Shown: positions 10,304-19,713, numbered from the stretch's first letter. The stretch: DNA of 47,617 nt from Chloroflexota bacterium (GCA_017881905.1 JADGQI010000015.1:1-47617), one strand, 5' to 3'. Numbers and translations are program-made. The notes: generated by a model not told the origin, from the letters alone.

Positions 10304-10336
10304 ATGACCTCGACGAACCCGACGACGCTCCCTTGA
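10304..10336 (+). CDS. candidate leaderless 10-codon uORF ([10 protein letters not shown]); its TGA overlaps the mnmA TTG start
   Basis: ATG ACC TCG ACG AAC CCG ACG ACG CTC CCT TGA. TTG 10333-10335 and TGA 10334-10336 form TTGA. No SD precedes the mnmA TTG. Confidence 0.3.
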   Translation: MTSTNPTTLP

Positions 10337-11439
10337 GCCGCATCCTGGTCGCCATGTCCGGCGGCGTCGATTCATCGGTCGCGGCCGCGCTGCTCCACGA
10401 GCAGGGTCACGAGGTGGTCGGCGTCTGGATGCGGCTGCACGACGTCGCGGACACCTATTCGGAGTTCAAGAAGAGCTGCTGCTCGCTCGACGCGGCCGAC
10501 GACGCTCGTCGGGTCGCGGGCCAGCTCGGGATCCCGTTCTTCGTGATGAACCTCGAACGTGAGTTCGACGCCGGGGTGATGCGCCCGTTCCTGGCGGCCT
10601 ACCTCGGCGGCGAGACCCCGTCGCCGTGCGTCGACTGCAACACCTACGTGAAGTTCGGGGCGCTCCTCGGGCGGGCCCGACACCTGTACGAGTGCGAGGC
10701 GGTCGCGACGGGCCACTATGCGCGACGCGACACGGATCCGGCCGGGAACGCGCGCCTCCTCAAGGCGAACGACCCCGACAAGGACCAGACGTACTTCCTG
10801 TACGGCCTTCGCCAGGACCAGCTGGCGCACGCCCGGTTCCCGCTCGGCGAGCTGACCAAGCCCGAGGTCCGCGAGGTCGCCCGATCGCTCGGGCTTGCCA
10901 CGGCCGACAAGCCCGAGAGCCAGGAGATCTGCTTCGTCCCCGGCGGGGACTACCGCGACGCGCTGCGCGAGCGCGCCGGTTGGACCCCGACGCCCGGTGC
11001 GGTGATCGACACCGACGGGACGACGCTCGGTGAGCACGGCGGTTCGGCCGGCTTCACCGTGGGACAGCGGCGCGGATTGGGCGTCGCCGTCGGGGAGCCC
11101 CGCTACGTCAGCCGGATCGACGCCGCGACGAACACGATCGTCCTGGGTCGGCGGGCGGACCTCGAGACGCGCACGGTCCCGCTTCGCGACGTGTCGTTCG
11201 TGGCCGGTGAGCCGCCCGCCGGATCCGCCCAGCCGTTCCGAGCCGAGGTCCGGATCCGCCATCGTGCCCGCCCGGTACCCGCGAATGTCCGTCCGGACGG
11301 ACCGGACACGGCCGATCGTCGGGGCGGCTGGGTCGTCGAGACCGACACGCCGGTGTGGGCCGTGTCGCCGGGCCAGGCGGCCGTGCTCTACCTGGATGAC
11401 CTCGTCCTCGGTGGTGGCAGGATCGCCGCCCGCGCGTAG
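10333..11439 (+). CDS. mnmA: tRNA-specific 2-thiouridylase MnmA
   Basis: [18 protein letters not shown] (PP-loop), [29 protein letters not shown]. An iscS-like gene lies nearby. Confidence 0.92.
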   Translation: MSRILVAMSGGVDSSVAAALLHEQGHEVVGVWMRLHDVADTYSEFKKSCCSLDAADDARRVAGQLGIPFFVMNLEREFDAGVMRPFLAAYLGGETPSPCVDCNTYVKFGALLGRARHLYECEAVATGHYARRDTDPAGNARLLKANDPDKDQTYFLYGLRQDQLAHARFPLGELTKPEVREVARSLGLATADKPESQEICFVPGGDYRDALRERAGWTPTPGAVIDTDGTTLGEHGGSAGFTVGQRRGLGVAVGEPRYVSRIDAATNTIVLGRRADLETRTVPLRDVSFVAGEPPAGSAQPFRAEVRIRHRARPVPANVRPDGPDTADRRGGWVVETDTPVWAVSPGQAAVLYLDDLVLGGGRIAARA

Positions 11440-11476
11440 ATCCGGCGCCGGGTCGAGGGCCGGAACGACCCGTGCC

Positions 11477-11482
11477 TATACT
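11477..11482 (+). promoter_or_regulatory. -10-like box TATACT, 6 nt upstream of GTG 11489 (leaderless candidate)
   Basis: TATACTggccgcGTG. Confidence 0.45.
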
Positions 11483-11488
11483 GGCCGC

Positions 11489-11764
11489 GTGATCGGCCCG
11501 GCCTTCGTGCTCGCGGTGCTCGTTGGGATCTTCACGACCGCGCTGTACGCCCTGATCCGTGGCTCGGTCGGCGGGCGCCTGCCGCTCCTCCTCCTGGCGG
11601 CCATCCTCGGTGCGTGGGCGGGCGACTCGCTCGGCGAGCGGCTCGGGTTCGACATCATCCGCCTCGGTGACTTCCGGGTCCTGGCCGCGGTGCTGGGTGC
11701 TTCGCTCGGGATCGGGCTGGTGTCGGTCGTCGCCGCGCTGGGACCGCAGGACGGTCGAACGTGA
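11489..11764 (+). CDS. small integral membrane protein (91 aa, about 3 TM)
   Basis: VIGPAFVLAVLVGIFTTALYALI...LLLLAAILGAWAG...VLAAVLGASLGIGLVSVVAAL. High GC3. This is the tail of track ORF 11030..11764, whose N-terminal part is a shadow of mnmA. Confidence 0.55.
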   Translation: MIGPAFVLAVLVGIFTTALYALIRGSVGGRLPLLLLAAILGAWAGDSLGERLGFDIIRLGDFRVLAAVLGASLGIGLVSVVAALGPQDGRT

Positions 11765-11901
11765 CCCGCCGCAACGACGCCGATCCCGGCCGGCGAACGA
11801 CGCCATTCCTGCGCGGTCTCACGATCGGTGCCCTGGTCGGTGCCGCCATCGCCGGGTCGCGGATCTGGCTTCGGTTCATGCGACGGTCGGATCGGGGCTG
11901 A
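11761..11901 (+). CDS. candidate 46-aa single-TM protein (below the track size cut-off)
   Basis: GTGA overlap with the upstream small membrane gene. VTRRNDADPGRRTTPFLRGLTIGALVGAAIAGSRIWLRFMRRSDRG. High GC3. Confidence 0.35.
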   Translation: MTRRNDADPGRRTTPFLRGLTIGALVGAAIAGSRIWLRFMRRSDRG

Positions 11902-11965
11902 CCCAGGGCGTCGCGACGAGCCCCCACCTTCGGTCGGGAGGCCGGGTTTGGTACCGTTACGGCCG

Positions 11966-14758
11966 ATGCCGACCCCTGACGTCACCCTCGACCCCCGGAT
12001 CAAGGCCCTGCCCGCCGCCGAGATCCGGCGGCGCTTCATCGCGTTCTTCGACGAGCGTGGCCACGAGGTCGTCCCGTCGGCCAGCCTCGTCCCCGCGGGC
12101 GACCAGACGCTTCTGTTCACGAACTCGGGGATGGTCCAGTTCAAGGAGGTCTTCACCGGGGCCGAGACGCGAAGCTACAAGCGCGCCGTCGACTACCAGC
12201 GCTGCCTTCGGGTGGCGGGCAAGCACAACGACTTCGAAGAGGTCGGCCGGACGCCGCGCCACCACACGTTCTTCGAGATGCTCGGCAACTGGAGCTTCGG
12301 CGACTACTTCAAGCGTGACGCCATCCACTGGGCATGGACGTTCCTGACCCGGGACCTCGGTATCCCGCCCGACCGGCTGGCCGCGACGACCTACACCCAC
12401 GATCAGGTGGCCTGGGACATCTGGCAGGACGAGATCGGGCTGCCCCCGGAACGGATGGCGCGCTGGGGCGACGTCGACGCCGGCGACGACAAGAACTTCT
12501 GGCGGATGGCCGAGACGGGTCCGTGCGGACCGTGCAGCGAGATCCACTTCGACCGCGGGAGTGAGTTCTCAGAGGGTCCGCACTGCGTGCCCGACCACGA
12601 CGAGCACTGCCCGCGCTGGGTCGAGATCTGGAACCTTGTGTTCATGGAGTTCGACCAGCGACCCGACGGGCGCCACCCGCTCCCGTTCACGAGCGTCGAC
12701 ACGGGCCTCGGGCTGGAGCGTCTCGCGGCGGTCCTCCAGCAGGTCCCGACGAACTACGACACGGACCTGTTCACGCCGATCCACGCTCGGCTCGGTGAGC
12801 TGCTCGGGCACGACCCAGGGACGTTCGAGGCCGAGCGCTTCAGCTACCAGGTGATCGCGGACCATGTCCGAGCCGCGACATTCCTCGCCGCCGACGAAGT
12901 ACGACCGTCCAACGAGGGCCGGGGCTACGTCATGCGCCGCATCATCCGCCGGGCCGTCCGGCACGGGCGCCTGCTCGGCCGGACGGAGCCGTTCCTGGCC
13001 GATCTGTCCGAAACGGTCATCGCGACGATGGGGGAGCCCTATCCCATCCTGCTCGAGCGCCATGACGAGATCCAGCGGGTGATCGCGCTCGAGGAGCGCC
13101 AATTCGCCCGGACGCTGGCCGCCGGCGAGGGCCTGCTGGAGGAGGCGCTCATCCCGCTGACATCGGCCGAGCGGACCGTCGGCCGTCGTCCCGAGGATCT
13201 TCCGCCGGACGCCCCGGTGCTCGGAGGCGACGTCGCCTTCCGGCTGCACGACACGTACGGCTTCCCGATCGACCTGACCGTCGAGCTCGCCGCGGAGTAC
13301 GGCGTTACGGTCGACCGGGCCGGCTTCGACACCGCCCTCGCCGAGCAGCGCGAGCGGAGTCGGAGCGGCCGGAAGGCGGAGCTGTCGCAGCATGCGGAGC
13401 TGACCGCGCTGTACCAGGCCATCCACGCCAGGATCGGCGACACCGAGTTCAAGGGCTACGAGACTACCCGGGCCGACGACGCGACGGTCGTGGCGATCAT
13501 CCGCGACGGGCTCGAGTACCAGGAGCTCGAGGCCGTCGGGGACGTCGACTTCGCGGCGCCGGCCGGGGCCGCGGCCGAGGTCGTCCTCGATCGCACGCCG
13601 TTCTATGCCGAGGGCGGCGGCCAGATCGGGGATCGGGGCATCCTGACGCTCGGTGGCGACGTCGTGTTCGAGGTCGACGACACCCAGCGCCCGCTCGGTG
13701 GACTGATCGTCCATCGTGGCACGCTGCGCGGCGGCCTGCGGGTCGGTCAGCGGGTCGTGGCCGAGGTCGATGCCGAGCGCCGTGCGCGCACGATGCGGAA
13801 CCACACCGGGACGCACCTGCTCCATCGTGCCCTGCGCAACGTCGTCGGGTCGCGCGCCCGGCAGGCCGGGTCGCTGGTCACGCCCGACTACCTGCGCTTC
13901 GACTTCCCGTTCGAGCGCGGCCTGACCGACGACGAGCGTGCCGCGATCGAGGCGGAGGTCCGGGGCGTCATCCGGGACGACCGACCGGTCACGCCGTCGT
14001 CCATGAGCATGCGCCAGGCGATCGAGGCCGGCGCGGACGCGTTCTTCGACGAGAAGTACGGCGAGACCGTGCGGACCGTCCGGGTCGAGGGCTACAGCCA
14101 CGAGCTGTGCGGCGGCACCCATTGCCGCGCCTCGGGCCAGATCGGCGGCTTCGTGATCGTCGGCGAACGGAGCATCGGCAGCGGGATGCGCCGGATCGAG
14201 GCGCTGACCGGTGACGGTGCCGATGCGTTCCTGGCCGGCCGCCTGGCGACCCTCGAGCGGGCGACCGAGACGGCCGGGGCCAACACCGTCGACGCGCTCC
14301 CCGACCGGATCGCGGCACTCCAGGACGAGCTGCGCGAGACGAAGCGGAAGCTCAAGTCGGCGGCCACGGCCGGCGGGCCGCCCCGGCCGGCCGACCTCGC
14401 GAGCCGCGTGGTCGAGGCGGCTCCGGGGGTCCGGCTGGTCGCCTACGCCGGACCGTTCGAATCGATGGACACCCTCAAGAGCACCGCGAAGGACCTCCGC
14501 GGACTGATCCCGTCCGGCGTGCTCGCGCTCGGTCTCGACGCCGAGGAGCCGCAGGTCTTCGTCACCGTCAGCGACGACCTCGTCGGGCGGGGGATCGGGG
14601 CCGGCGACCTGGTCCGGGCCGCGGTCGGCAGCATCGACGGCAAGGGCGGCGGCCGGGCGGAGATGGCCCAGGGCAAGGGCACCCGGCGCGACGGCCTGCC
14701 CGCGGCGCTCGAGGCGATCTCGATCGCCCTGGCGGCCTCGAACGGAGCGTCCGGCTAG
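11966..14758 (+). CDS. alaS: alanine--tRNA ligase
   Basis: IRRRFIAFFDERGHEVVPSASLVP, FTNSGMVQFK, RHHTFFEMLGNWSFGDYFK, WVEIWNLVFMEF, HTGTHLLH and HELCGGTH (editing-domain Zn motifs). Start at internal ATG 11966, preceded by TACCGT 8 nt upstream. Confidence 0.95.
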   Translation: MPTPDVTLDPRIKALPAAEIRRRFIAFFDERGHEVVPSASLVPAGDQTLLFTNSGMVQFKEVFTGAETRSYKRAVDYQRCLRVAGKHNDFEEVGRTPRHHTFFEMLGNWSFGDYFKRDAIHWAWTFLTRDLGIPPDRLAATTYTHDQVAWDIWQDEIGLPPERMARWGDVDAGDDKNFWRMAETGPCGPCSEIHFDRGSEFSEGPHCVPDHDEHCPRWVEIWNLVFMEFDQRPDGRHPLPFTSVDTGLGLERLAAVLQQVPTNYDTDLFTPIHARLGELLGHDPGTFEAERFSYQVIADHVRAATFLAADEVRPSNEGRGYVMRRIIRRAVRHGRLLGRTEPFLADLSETVIATMGEPYPILLERHDEIQRVIALEERQFARTLAAGEGLLEEALIPLTSAERTVGRRPEDLPPDAPVLGGDVAFRLHDTYGFPIDLTVELAAEYGVTVDRAGFDTALAEQRERSRSGRKAELSQHAELTALYQAIHARIGDTEFKGYETTRADDATVVAIIRDGLEYQELEAVGDVDFAAPAGAAAEVVLDRTPFYAEGGGQIGDRGILTLGGDVVFEVDDTQRPLGGLIVHRGTLRGGLRVGQRVVAEVDAERRARTMRNHTGTHLLHRALRNVVGSRARQAGSLVTPDYLRFDFPFERGLTDDERAAIEAEVRGVIRDDRPVTPSSMSMRQAIEAGADAFFDEKYGETVRTVRVEGYSHELCGGTHCRASGQIGGFVIVGERSIGSGMRRIEALTGDGADAFLAGRLATLERATETAGANTVDALPDRIAALQDELRETKRKLKSAATAGGPPRPADLASRVVEAAPGVRLVAYAGPFESMDTLKSTAKDLRGLIPSGVLALGLDAEEPQVFVTVSDDLVGRGIGAGDLVRAAVGSIDGKGGGRAEMAQGKGTRRDGLPAALEAISIALAASNGASG

Positions 14759-16021
14759 ATGGCCTTCTGGCGTCGCCTCTGGCAGCGCGACGACCTGCCC
14801 GCCCTGGCGGCGTGTACGGCGCTCGACATCGGCACGGAGTTCGCAAAAGCGCTCGTGTTCGAGATCGACGACCAGGGACAGGGGACCGTCCGGGGCGTGG
14901 GCCGCAAGCGCCAGGGACTGTCGCACATGCAGTCGGGCACGGTCGCCGACATCGCGGCGGTGGTCGACAACTGCGCCGTCGCCCTCCAGGAAGCGGAGGA
15001 GATGGCCGGCTTCCGTCCGACGCAGGTGGTCATCGGGATCGCGGGTGAGCTGGTCAAGGGGTTCACGACCACGAACAGCCAGGAGCGCCGGAAGCCGGAC
15101 CAGCCGATCTCCGAGGCGGAGCTCCAGAAGCTCATCGACGCGGTCCAGCAGGAGGCGCTCCGCGAGGCCGAGCGATCGATCACCTGGGAGACCGGCCTGC
15201 CGCACGTCGACGTGCGGCTGGTCCACGCCGCGGTCACCTCGGCCAGCATCGACGGCTACGCGGTGACCAACCCGGTCGGGTTCCGCGGGCGCTACGTCAA
15301 GATCGGGATCTTCGACGCGTTCGCCCCGCTCGTCCATCTCGGCGCGCTGGAGAGCGTGGCCAGCCAGCTCGACCTCGAGCTCCTCGAGATCGTCGCCGAG
15401 CCGTATGCCGTGGCCCGGGTCCTCGGCGCGGAGCAGGTCCAGCAGGCCGGGGCGATCTTCATCGACATCGGCGGCGGGACGACCGACGTCGCGCTCGTCC
15501 GGCAGGGCGGGATCGAGGGCACCCGGATGTTCGCCCTGGGCGGCCGGGCCTTCACCAAGTCGATCGCCGATCGGCTCGACCTGCCGTTCCCGCGGGCCGA
15601 GGCGCTCAAGGTCGACTATGCGCGGGGGCTCCCGGTCGACCGCCGCGACGAGATCGAGGCGATCGTGACCGACGACGTCACGGTCTGGTCGGCGGGCGTC
15701 GAGCTGGTCATCGAGGAGCTGTCCGGCGGCGACCTCCTCCCCGGCCGGATCCACCTGTGCGGCGGGGGGTCGCGGCTGCCCGAGATCCTGGCGGCGCTCG
15801 AGGCGGAGCGGTTCTGGAAGCACCTCCCGTTCGCCCGACGGCCCGAGGTCACGATCATGTCGCCCGACCAGGTCGCCTCGATCGTCGACGCGACGAAGCT
15901 CCTGGTCGACCAGCAGGACGTGACGCCGCTCGGTCTCGCCCACCAGGCGATCGAGCTCCAGTCGACCGAGAATCCCCTCGACGCGGCACTCCGGCGCGTC
16001 CTTCGGGCGATGAAGGTCTAG
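14759..16021 (+). CDS. FtsA/PilM-like actin-fold (ASKHA) ATPase
   Basis: ALDIGTEFAKALV (phosphate 1), IFIDIGGGTTDVALV (phosphate 2), HLCGGGSRLPEI (adenosine motif), and AEALKVDY as in FtsA. Amphipathic W/R-rich ends (AFWRRLWQR; LRRVLRAMKV). The ATG directly abuts the alaS TAG. Confidence 0.8.
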   Translation: MAFWRRLWQRDDLPALAACTALDIGTEFAKALVFEIDDQGQGTVRGVGRKRQGLSHMQSGTVADIAAVVDNCAVALQEAEEMAGFRPTQVVIGIAGELVKGFTTTNSQERRKPDQPISEAELQKLIDAVQQEALREAERSITWETGLPHVDVRLVHAAVTSASIDGYAVTNPVGFRGRYVKIGIFDAFAPLVHLGALESVASQLDLELLEIVAEPYAVARVLGAEQVQQAGAIFIDIGGGTTDVALVRQGGIEGTRMFALGGRAFTKSIADRLDLPFPRAEALKVDYARGLPVDRRDEIEAIVTDDVTVWSAGVELVIEELSGGDLLPGRIHLCGGGSRLPEILAALEAERFWKHLPFARRPEVTIMSPDQVASIVDATKLLVDQQDVTPLGLAHQAIELQSTENPLDAALRRVLRAMKV

Positions 16022-16025
16022 CGCG

Positions 16026-17867
16026 ATGGCCTCGATCATCTACCTCGACGTCGACGACGAGATCACGACCGCTGCCGCGCGGATCCGCACGGCCACCGAC
16101 ACCAAGGTCGCCCTCGTCCTGCCGCCAGGCTCGCGACTGGCCACGTCGCGGATCAACTTCCGGCTGCTGTCGCGGGAGGGTCTCGAACGGAACCGCGTGC
16201 TCTCGATCGTCGCGGCCGATCCGGCCGCCCGGGCGATCGCGGCATCGGCGGGTCTGCCGGTCCATGCGACCGTCGCCGAGTTCGAGGAGGCCATCGCCCC
16301 GCCAGCTCCGCCGGCCCCGCCGGTCGAGCCCCCTGCGGCTCCGTCTGTCGATGCCGGTCCGCCGGCGAGCGGGAGCACGCCCAAGCGGTCGCGTAAGAAG
16401 GCAGCCGGAGCCGCGGCTGCCGGGGCTGCGGCGACCGGCGCCGCGGGAGTGGCGGCGACTCCTGAGACCATCGGGCTATTCGACGCGACGCCGGTGTCGA
16501 CGGCTCCCGTTTCGCCACCTTCGACCGCGTCGGTGGCGGTCCCGGTGCCACTGCCCGTCGCTCCGATCGAGGCCGCTACGGCGCCGGCCGATGTGTCGCC
16601 GCGACCGGAGATGCCGCCTGCCGAGACCCGCGCCCGTTCGAGCGCGGCGGCCGGAGCGTCCGTCCCGCCGGTCCGGTCGGGGCGCGGCCTGCCGAGCGGG
16701 CTCGTCGCCGTCGTCGGCTCGTTGGTCGTGGTCCTGGTCATCCTCGCCGTCATCGGATATGTCCTCCTCCCGTCGGCATCGGTGGTGGTGACCCCGGTCG
16801 CGGTGCCGATCGGGCCGGTGGACTTCGTCGTCCGGGCCGACCCCGACGCCACCTCGGTCGACGCCGAAGGCGGTGTCATCCCCGCGACGCGTCTGAGCCA
16901 GGACTTCACCGCCTCGGACGAGTTCAAGACCACGGGTGTGAAGGTGGTCCAGAAGAAGGCGACCGGTCAGGTCACCTTCACCAGCAAGAACACGTTCCTG
17001 CTCGTGACCGTCCCGGCGGGGACCAGCGTCCGGACGGGTTCGGGCATCGCCTTTGTCACCACGCAGTCCGTGACGATCCCGAAAGCGTCGTTCACCACGG
17101 GGCCGTCGCTGAAGGACGTTCCCATCACCGCTGTACGAGCCGGACCTGCGTCCAATGTGGATCCGGGCACCATCATCGTCCTGCCCGCCGACATCAAGGA
17201 CCTGCTGATCACCGTCACGAACCGGGATGCCACGAGCGGTGGCTCTCGCCAGGAGTCGCCAGAGGTATCGCAGAAGGACGTCGACGCCGCGATCGTTCAG
17301 CTGGGCAAGGACCTGGCCGCGCAGTTCGACACGTGGGCCGCGGCTCCGGACGACCTGCCGGACGGGTCGACCGCGTTCCCGGCCACCGGCCATCTCGGCA
17401 CGCCGGTCGCGACGCCCGATCCAGCGACTCTTGTCGGGCTGGAGCAGCCGACGTTCCAGCTGGCGGCGACCGCGACCGGCACGGTCGTCGCCGTGGACAC
17501 GAAGCTCATCGACCAGGTCGCCGCGGGAAGGATCGCGGCCAACGTCCCGTCGGAGCACGCCCTCAAGGACGGCTCGGTGACCTCGAAGCACGACGGCGGC
17601 CAGGCGGACGGCGATCTCATCGACTTCCGGGTGACGGCGAACGCGCAGGCGATCCCGGTCCTCGATGCCGCCGTCCTGCGCGAGCAGATCAAGGGGAAGT
17701 CGGTCGTGGATGCCAAGCGACTGCTCGAGCGCTACGGCTCGGTGACGATCAGCACGTGGCCCGGCTTCGTGTCGTCGATCCCGACCCTCGATGCCCGGCT
17801 CGACCTGACCGTGACCGGGCTCGACGGATCGTCGCCGGGACCGGCACCCTCGGCCAGCGGCCCGTGA
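16026..17867 (+). CDS. uncharacterised bitopic membrane protein: about 95-aa cytoplasmic N-domain, Pro/Ala-rich spacer, one TM, about 360-aa extracytoplasmic beta-rich domain
   Basis: MASIIYLDVDDEITTAAARIR... N-domain. PA-rich region about 16300-16680. TM LVAVVGSLVVVLVILAVIGYVLL. High GC3 throughout. Starts 4 nt after the FtsA-like gene and overlaps ruvX by GTGA. Confidence 0.75.
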   Translation: MASIIYLDVDDEITTAAARIRTATDTKVALVLPPGSRLATSRINFRLLSREGLERNRVLSIVAADPAARAIAASAGLPVHATVAEFEEAIAPPAPPAPPVEPPAAPSVDAGPPASGSTPKRSRKKAAGAAAAGAAATGAAGVAATPETIGLFDATPVSTAPVSPPSTASVAVPVPLPVAPIEAATAPADVSPRPEMPPAETRARSSAAAGASVPPVRSGRGLPSGLVAVVGSLVVVLVILAVIGYVLLPSASVVVTPVAVPIGPVDFVVRADPDATSVDAEGGVIPATRLSQDFTASDEFKTTGVKVVQKKATGQVTFTSKNTFLLVTVPAGTSVRTGSGIAFVTTQSVTIPKASFTTGPSLKDVPITAVRAGPASNVDPGTIIVLPADIKDLLITVTNRDATSGGSRQESPEVSQKDVDAAIVQLGKDLAAQFDTWAAAPDDLPDGSTAFPATGHLGTPVATPDPATLVGLEQPTFQLAATATGTVVAVDTKLIDQVAAGRIAANVPSEHALKDGSVTSKHDGGQADGDLIDFRVTANAQAIPVLDAAVLREQIKGKSVVDAKRLLERYGSVTISTWPGFVSSIPTLDARLDLTVTGLDGSSPGPAPSASGP

Positions 17868-18325
17868 CCCGGATCCTCGGGATCGATCTGGGCGAGAAGC
17901 GGATCGGCGTCGCGGTCGCGGACAGCGACGGGGCCGCGGTCCCGCTGGCCACGCTCCGCCGGGCCCGCGACGTCGCCGCGGACGCCGAGGCGATCGTGCG
18001 CCTCGCCACCCAGCACGATGCCGCCGAGCTCGTGGTCGGGTTGCCGCTCGAGGCGTCGGGGGAGACCGGGACCCAGGCGAACGTCACGCTAGCCTGGGTC
18101 GAGTCCGTCTCACCACTCGTGCGCCTGCCCGTCACGCTCCGCGATGAGCGTCTCTCCAGCCATCTCGCCGAACAACGCCTTGGTCCGATGAAGCGCGGCC
18201 GCTCTGGCGGCCCACCGACGGCATCCCAGCGCGACGCCTATCGGGCCAGGGTGGACCGCGAGGCCGCGGCGATCATCCTCCAGGACGAGCTCGACGCTCG
18301 CGCACGCCAGGATGCCGGTCGATGA
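17864..18325 (+). CDS. ruvX: putative pre-16S rRNA nuclease / Holliday junction resolvase-like RuvX (YqgF)
   Basis: ILGIDLGEKRIGVAVAD, LVVGLPL, LRDERLSS, ASQRDAYRARVDREAAAIILQ. GTG 17864 lies inside track ORF 17333..18325. Confidence 0.88.
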   Translation: MTRILGIDLGEKRIGVAVADSDGAAVPLATLRRARDVAADAEAIVRLATQHDAAELVVGLPLEASGETGTQANVTLAWVESVSPLVRLPVTLRDERLSSHLAEQRLGPMKRGRSGGPPTASQRDAYRARVDREAAAIILQDELDARARQDAGR

Positions 18326-19713
18326 CCGTCCGCGGCGGGGGTGGACCTCGTGACAGCCAGGGCTACGGCCTGGCGGACGTCGAGATCGACGAGGAGCACT
18401 ACGCGCGACCGCCGGATCCCGGCGAGGGATCGCGACGCGGCGGGCGATCCCCGGAGCCGCCCCGCGCCGGCGGTCGCCCGCCGCAGGCGCCGCGGGCGAG
18501 CGGAGGGTTCGGGCTCGGTGGTCTCCTCCGGTTGATCGCCTTCCTGTTCGTCCTGGCCGGGATTGTCCTGATCGTGTCGCTGACGGTCCTCCGTCCGGTC
18601 GTGGCGGGGGCGGTCGTCGGCTGGGCCGCCGACAATCCGAGCGCGCTCCGGTTGCCGTTCGTCGGGGGTCTGGTCAGGGAGGATCTCGGCACGGCCCTCA
18701 CCGATGCGCCCGCCACCGATCCGGCCCAGGTCGAGTTCACCGTGGCCGAGGGCGACACGGCGGCGGTGATCGCGGCGCGGCTGGCCGACCAGGGCTTCCT
18801 GACCGACGCCCGGTCGTTCGTGTTCATCTCGTCCGAGCGCGATCTCGCCAGCAAGCTCCAGGCGGGGACGTACATCCTGCGCCGGAACATGACCCCCGAT
18901 CAGCTGGTCACTGCGCTGCTCGTGTCCCACGACCTAGCCGTCAGCGTGCCGCTGCGCGAGGGACTGCGGCTCGAGCAGGTCACGGCGAAGCTCGAGACGC
19001 TGCCCCTGAAGATGGATGCCAGCGAGTTCTACGCCGAGGCGACGAAGCCCCCGAAGAGCCTGCTCGACGACTATCCCTGGCTGGACCTGCCGAAGGGCGC
19101 CTCGCTCGAGGGTTACCTCGCGCCCGCGACCTACAGCGTCCTGCCCGACATCACGCCGGACGCACTGATCCGCCAGATGCTCGACAAGTTCTACGCCGAT
19201 GTCGGGCCCGACCGGCTCAAGGTTCCCAAGGCGCGCGGCATGACCTTCCACGAAGTCCTCACCCTGGCGTCGCTGGTCGAGCGCGAGGCGTTCCTGGACC
19301 AGGAGCGGGCCCAGATCGCGGGCGTCTACCAGAACCGGCTCCAACCCGGGACCGAGACGGCAGGGTTCCTCGGTTCGGATCCGTCGATCTTCTACCTGAA
19401 CGACTCGCTCCAGCTCGCCAAGCTCCCGATCGACAAGTGGACGGGCTACACGTTCTGGGCACCGCCCAAGGACGGGCTGACCGACGCGACGATCCCGGCC
19501 GACCTCGCGGCCTACAACACGTACACGCACAAGGGCCTGCCCCCGGGTCCGATCGCGACACCGACCGTGGCCTCGATCGACGCGGCGCTCGACCCCGACA
19601 CGAAGGGCGGCTACCTCTACTTCGTGGCCAAGAACGACGGCTCCAACACGACCGCCTTCGCCAAGACGTACAAGGAGCACCAGGCCAACCTCAAGAAGTA
19701 CGGGTACCGCTAA
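18322..19713 (+). CDS. mltG: endolytic murein transglycosylase MltG (YceG-like)
   Basis: N-terminal TM, AGTYILRRNMTPDQLV, LTLASLVEREA, IAGVYQNRL, YNTYTHKGLPPGPIATP, YLYFVA. ATGA overlap with ruvX. Confidence 0.9.
   Translation: MTVRGGGGPRDSQGYGLADVEIDEEHYARPPDPGEGSRRGGRSPEPPRAGGRPPQAPRASGGFGLGGLLRLIAFLFVLAGIVLIVSLTVLRPVVAGAVVGWAADNPSALRLPFVGGLVREDLGTALTDAPATDPAQVEFTVAEGDTAAVIAARLADQGFLTDARSFVFISSERDLASKLQAGTYILRRNMTPDQLVTALLVSHDLAVSVPLREGLRLEQVTAKLETLPLKMDASEFYAEATKPPKSLLDDYPWLDLPKGASLEGYLAPATYSVLPDITPDALIRQMLDKFYADVGPDRLKVPKARGMTFHEVLTLASLVEREAFLDQERAQIAGVYQNRLQPGTETAGFLGSDPSIFYLNDSLQLAKLPIDKWTGYTFWAPPKDGLTDATIPADLAAYNTYTHKGLPPGPIATPTVASIDAALDPDTKGGYLYFVAKNDGSNTTAFAKTYKEHQANLKKYGYR

Noticed and set aside
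12569-16039. 1156-aa minus-strand ORF spanning alaS and the FtsA-like gene
   Set aside because: It is antisense to two genes with unmistakable family motifs. Its translation is Arg/Pro/Gly/Asp-rich low-complexity with no motifs. This is a typical stop-free shadow frame in very GC-rich DNA.
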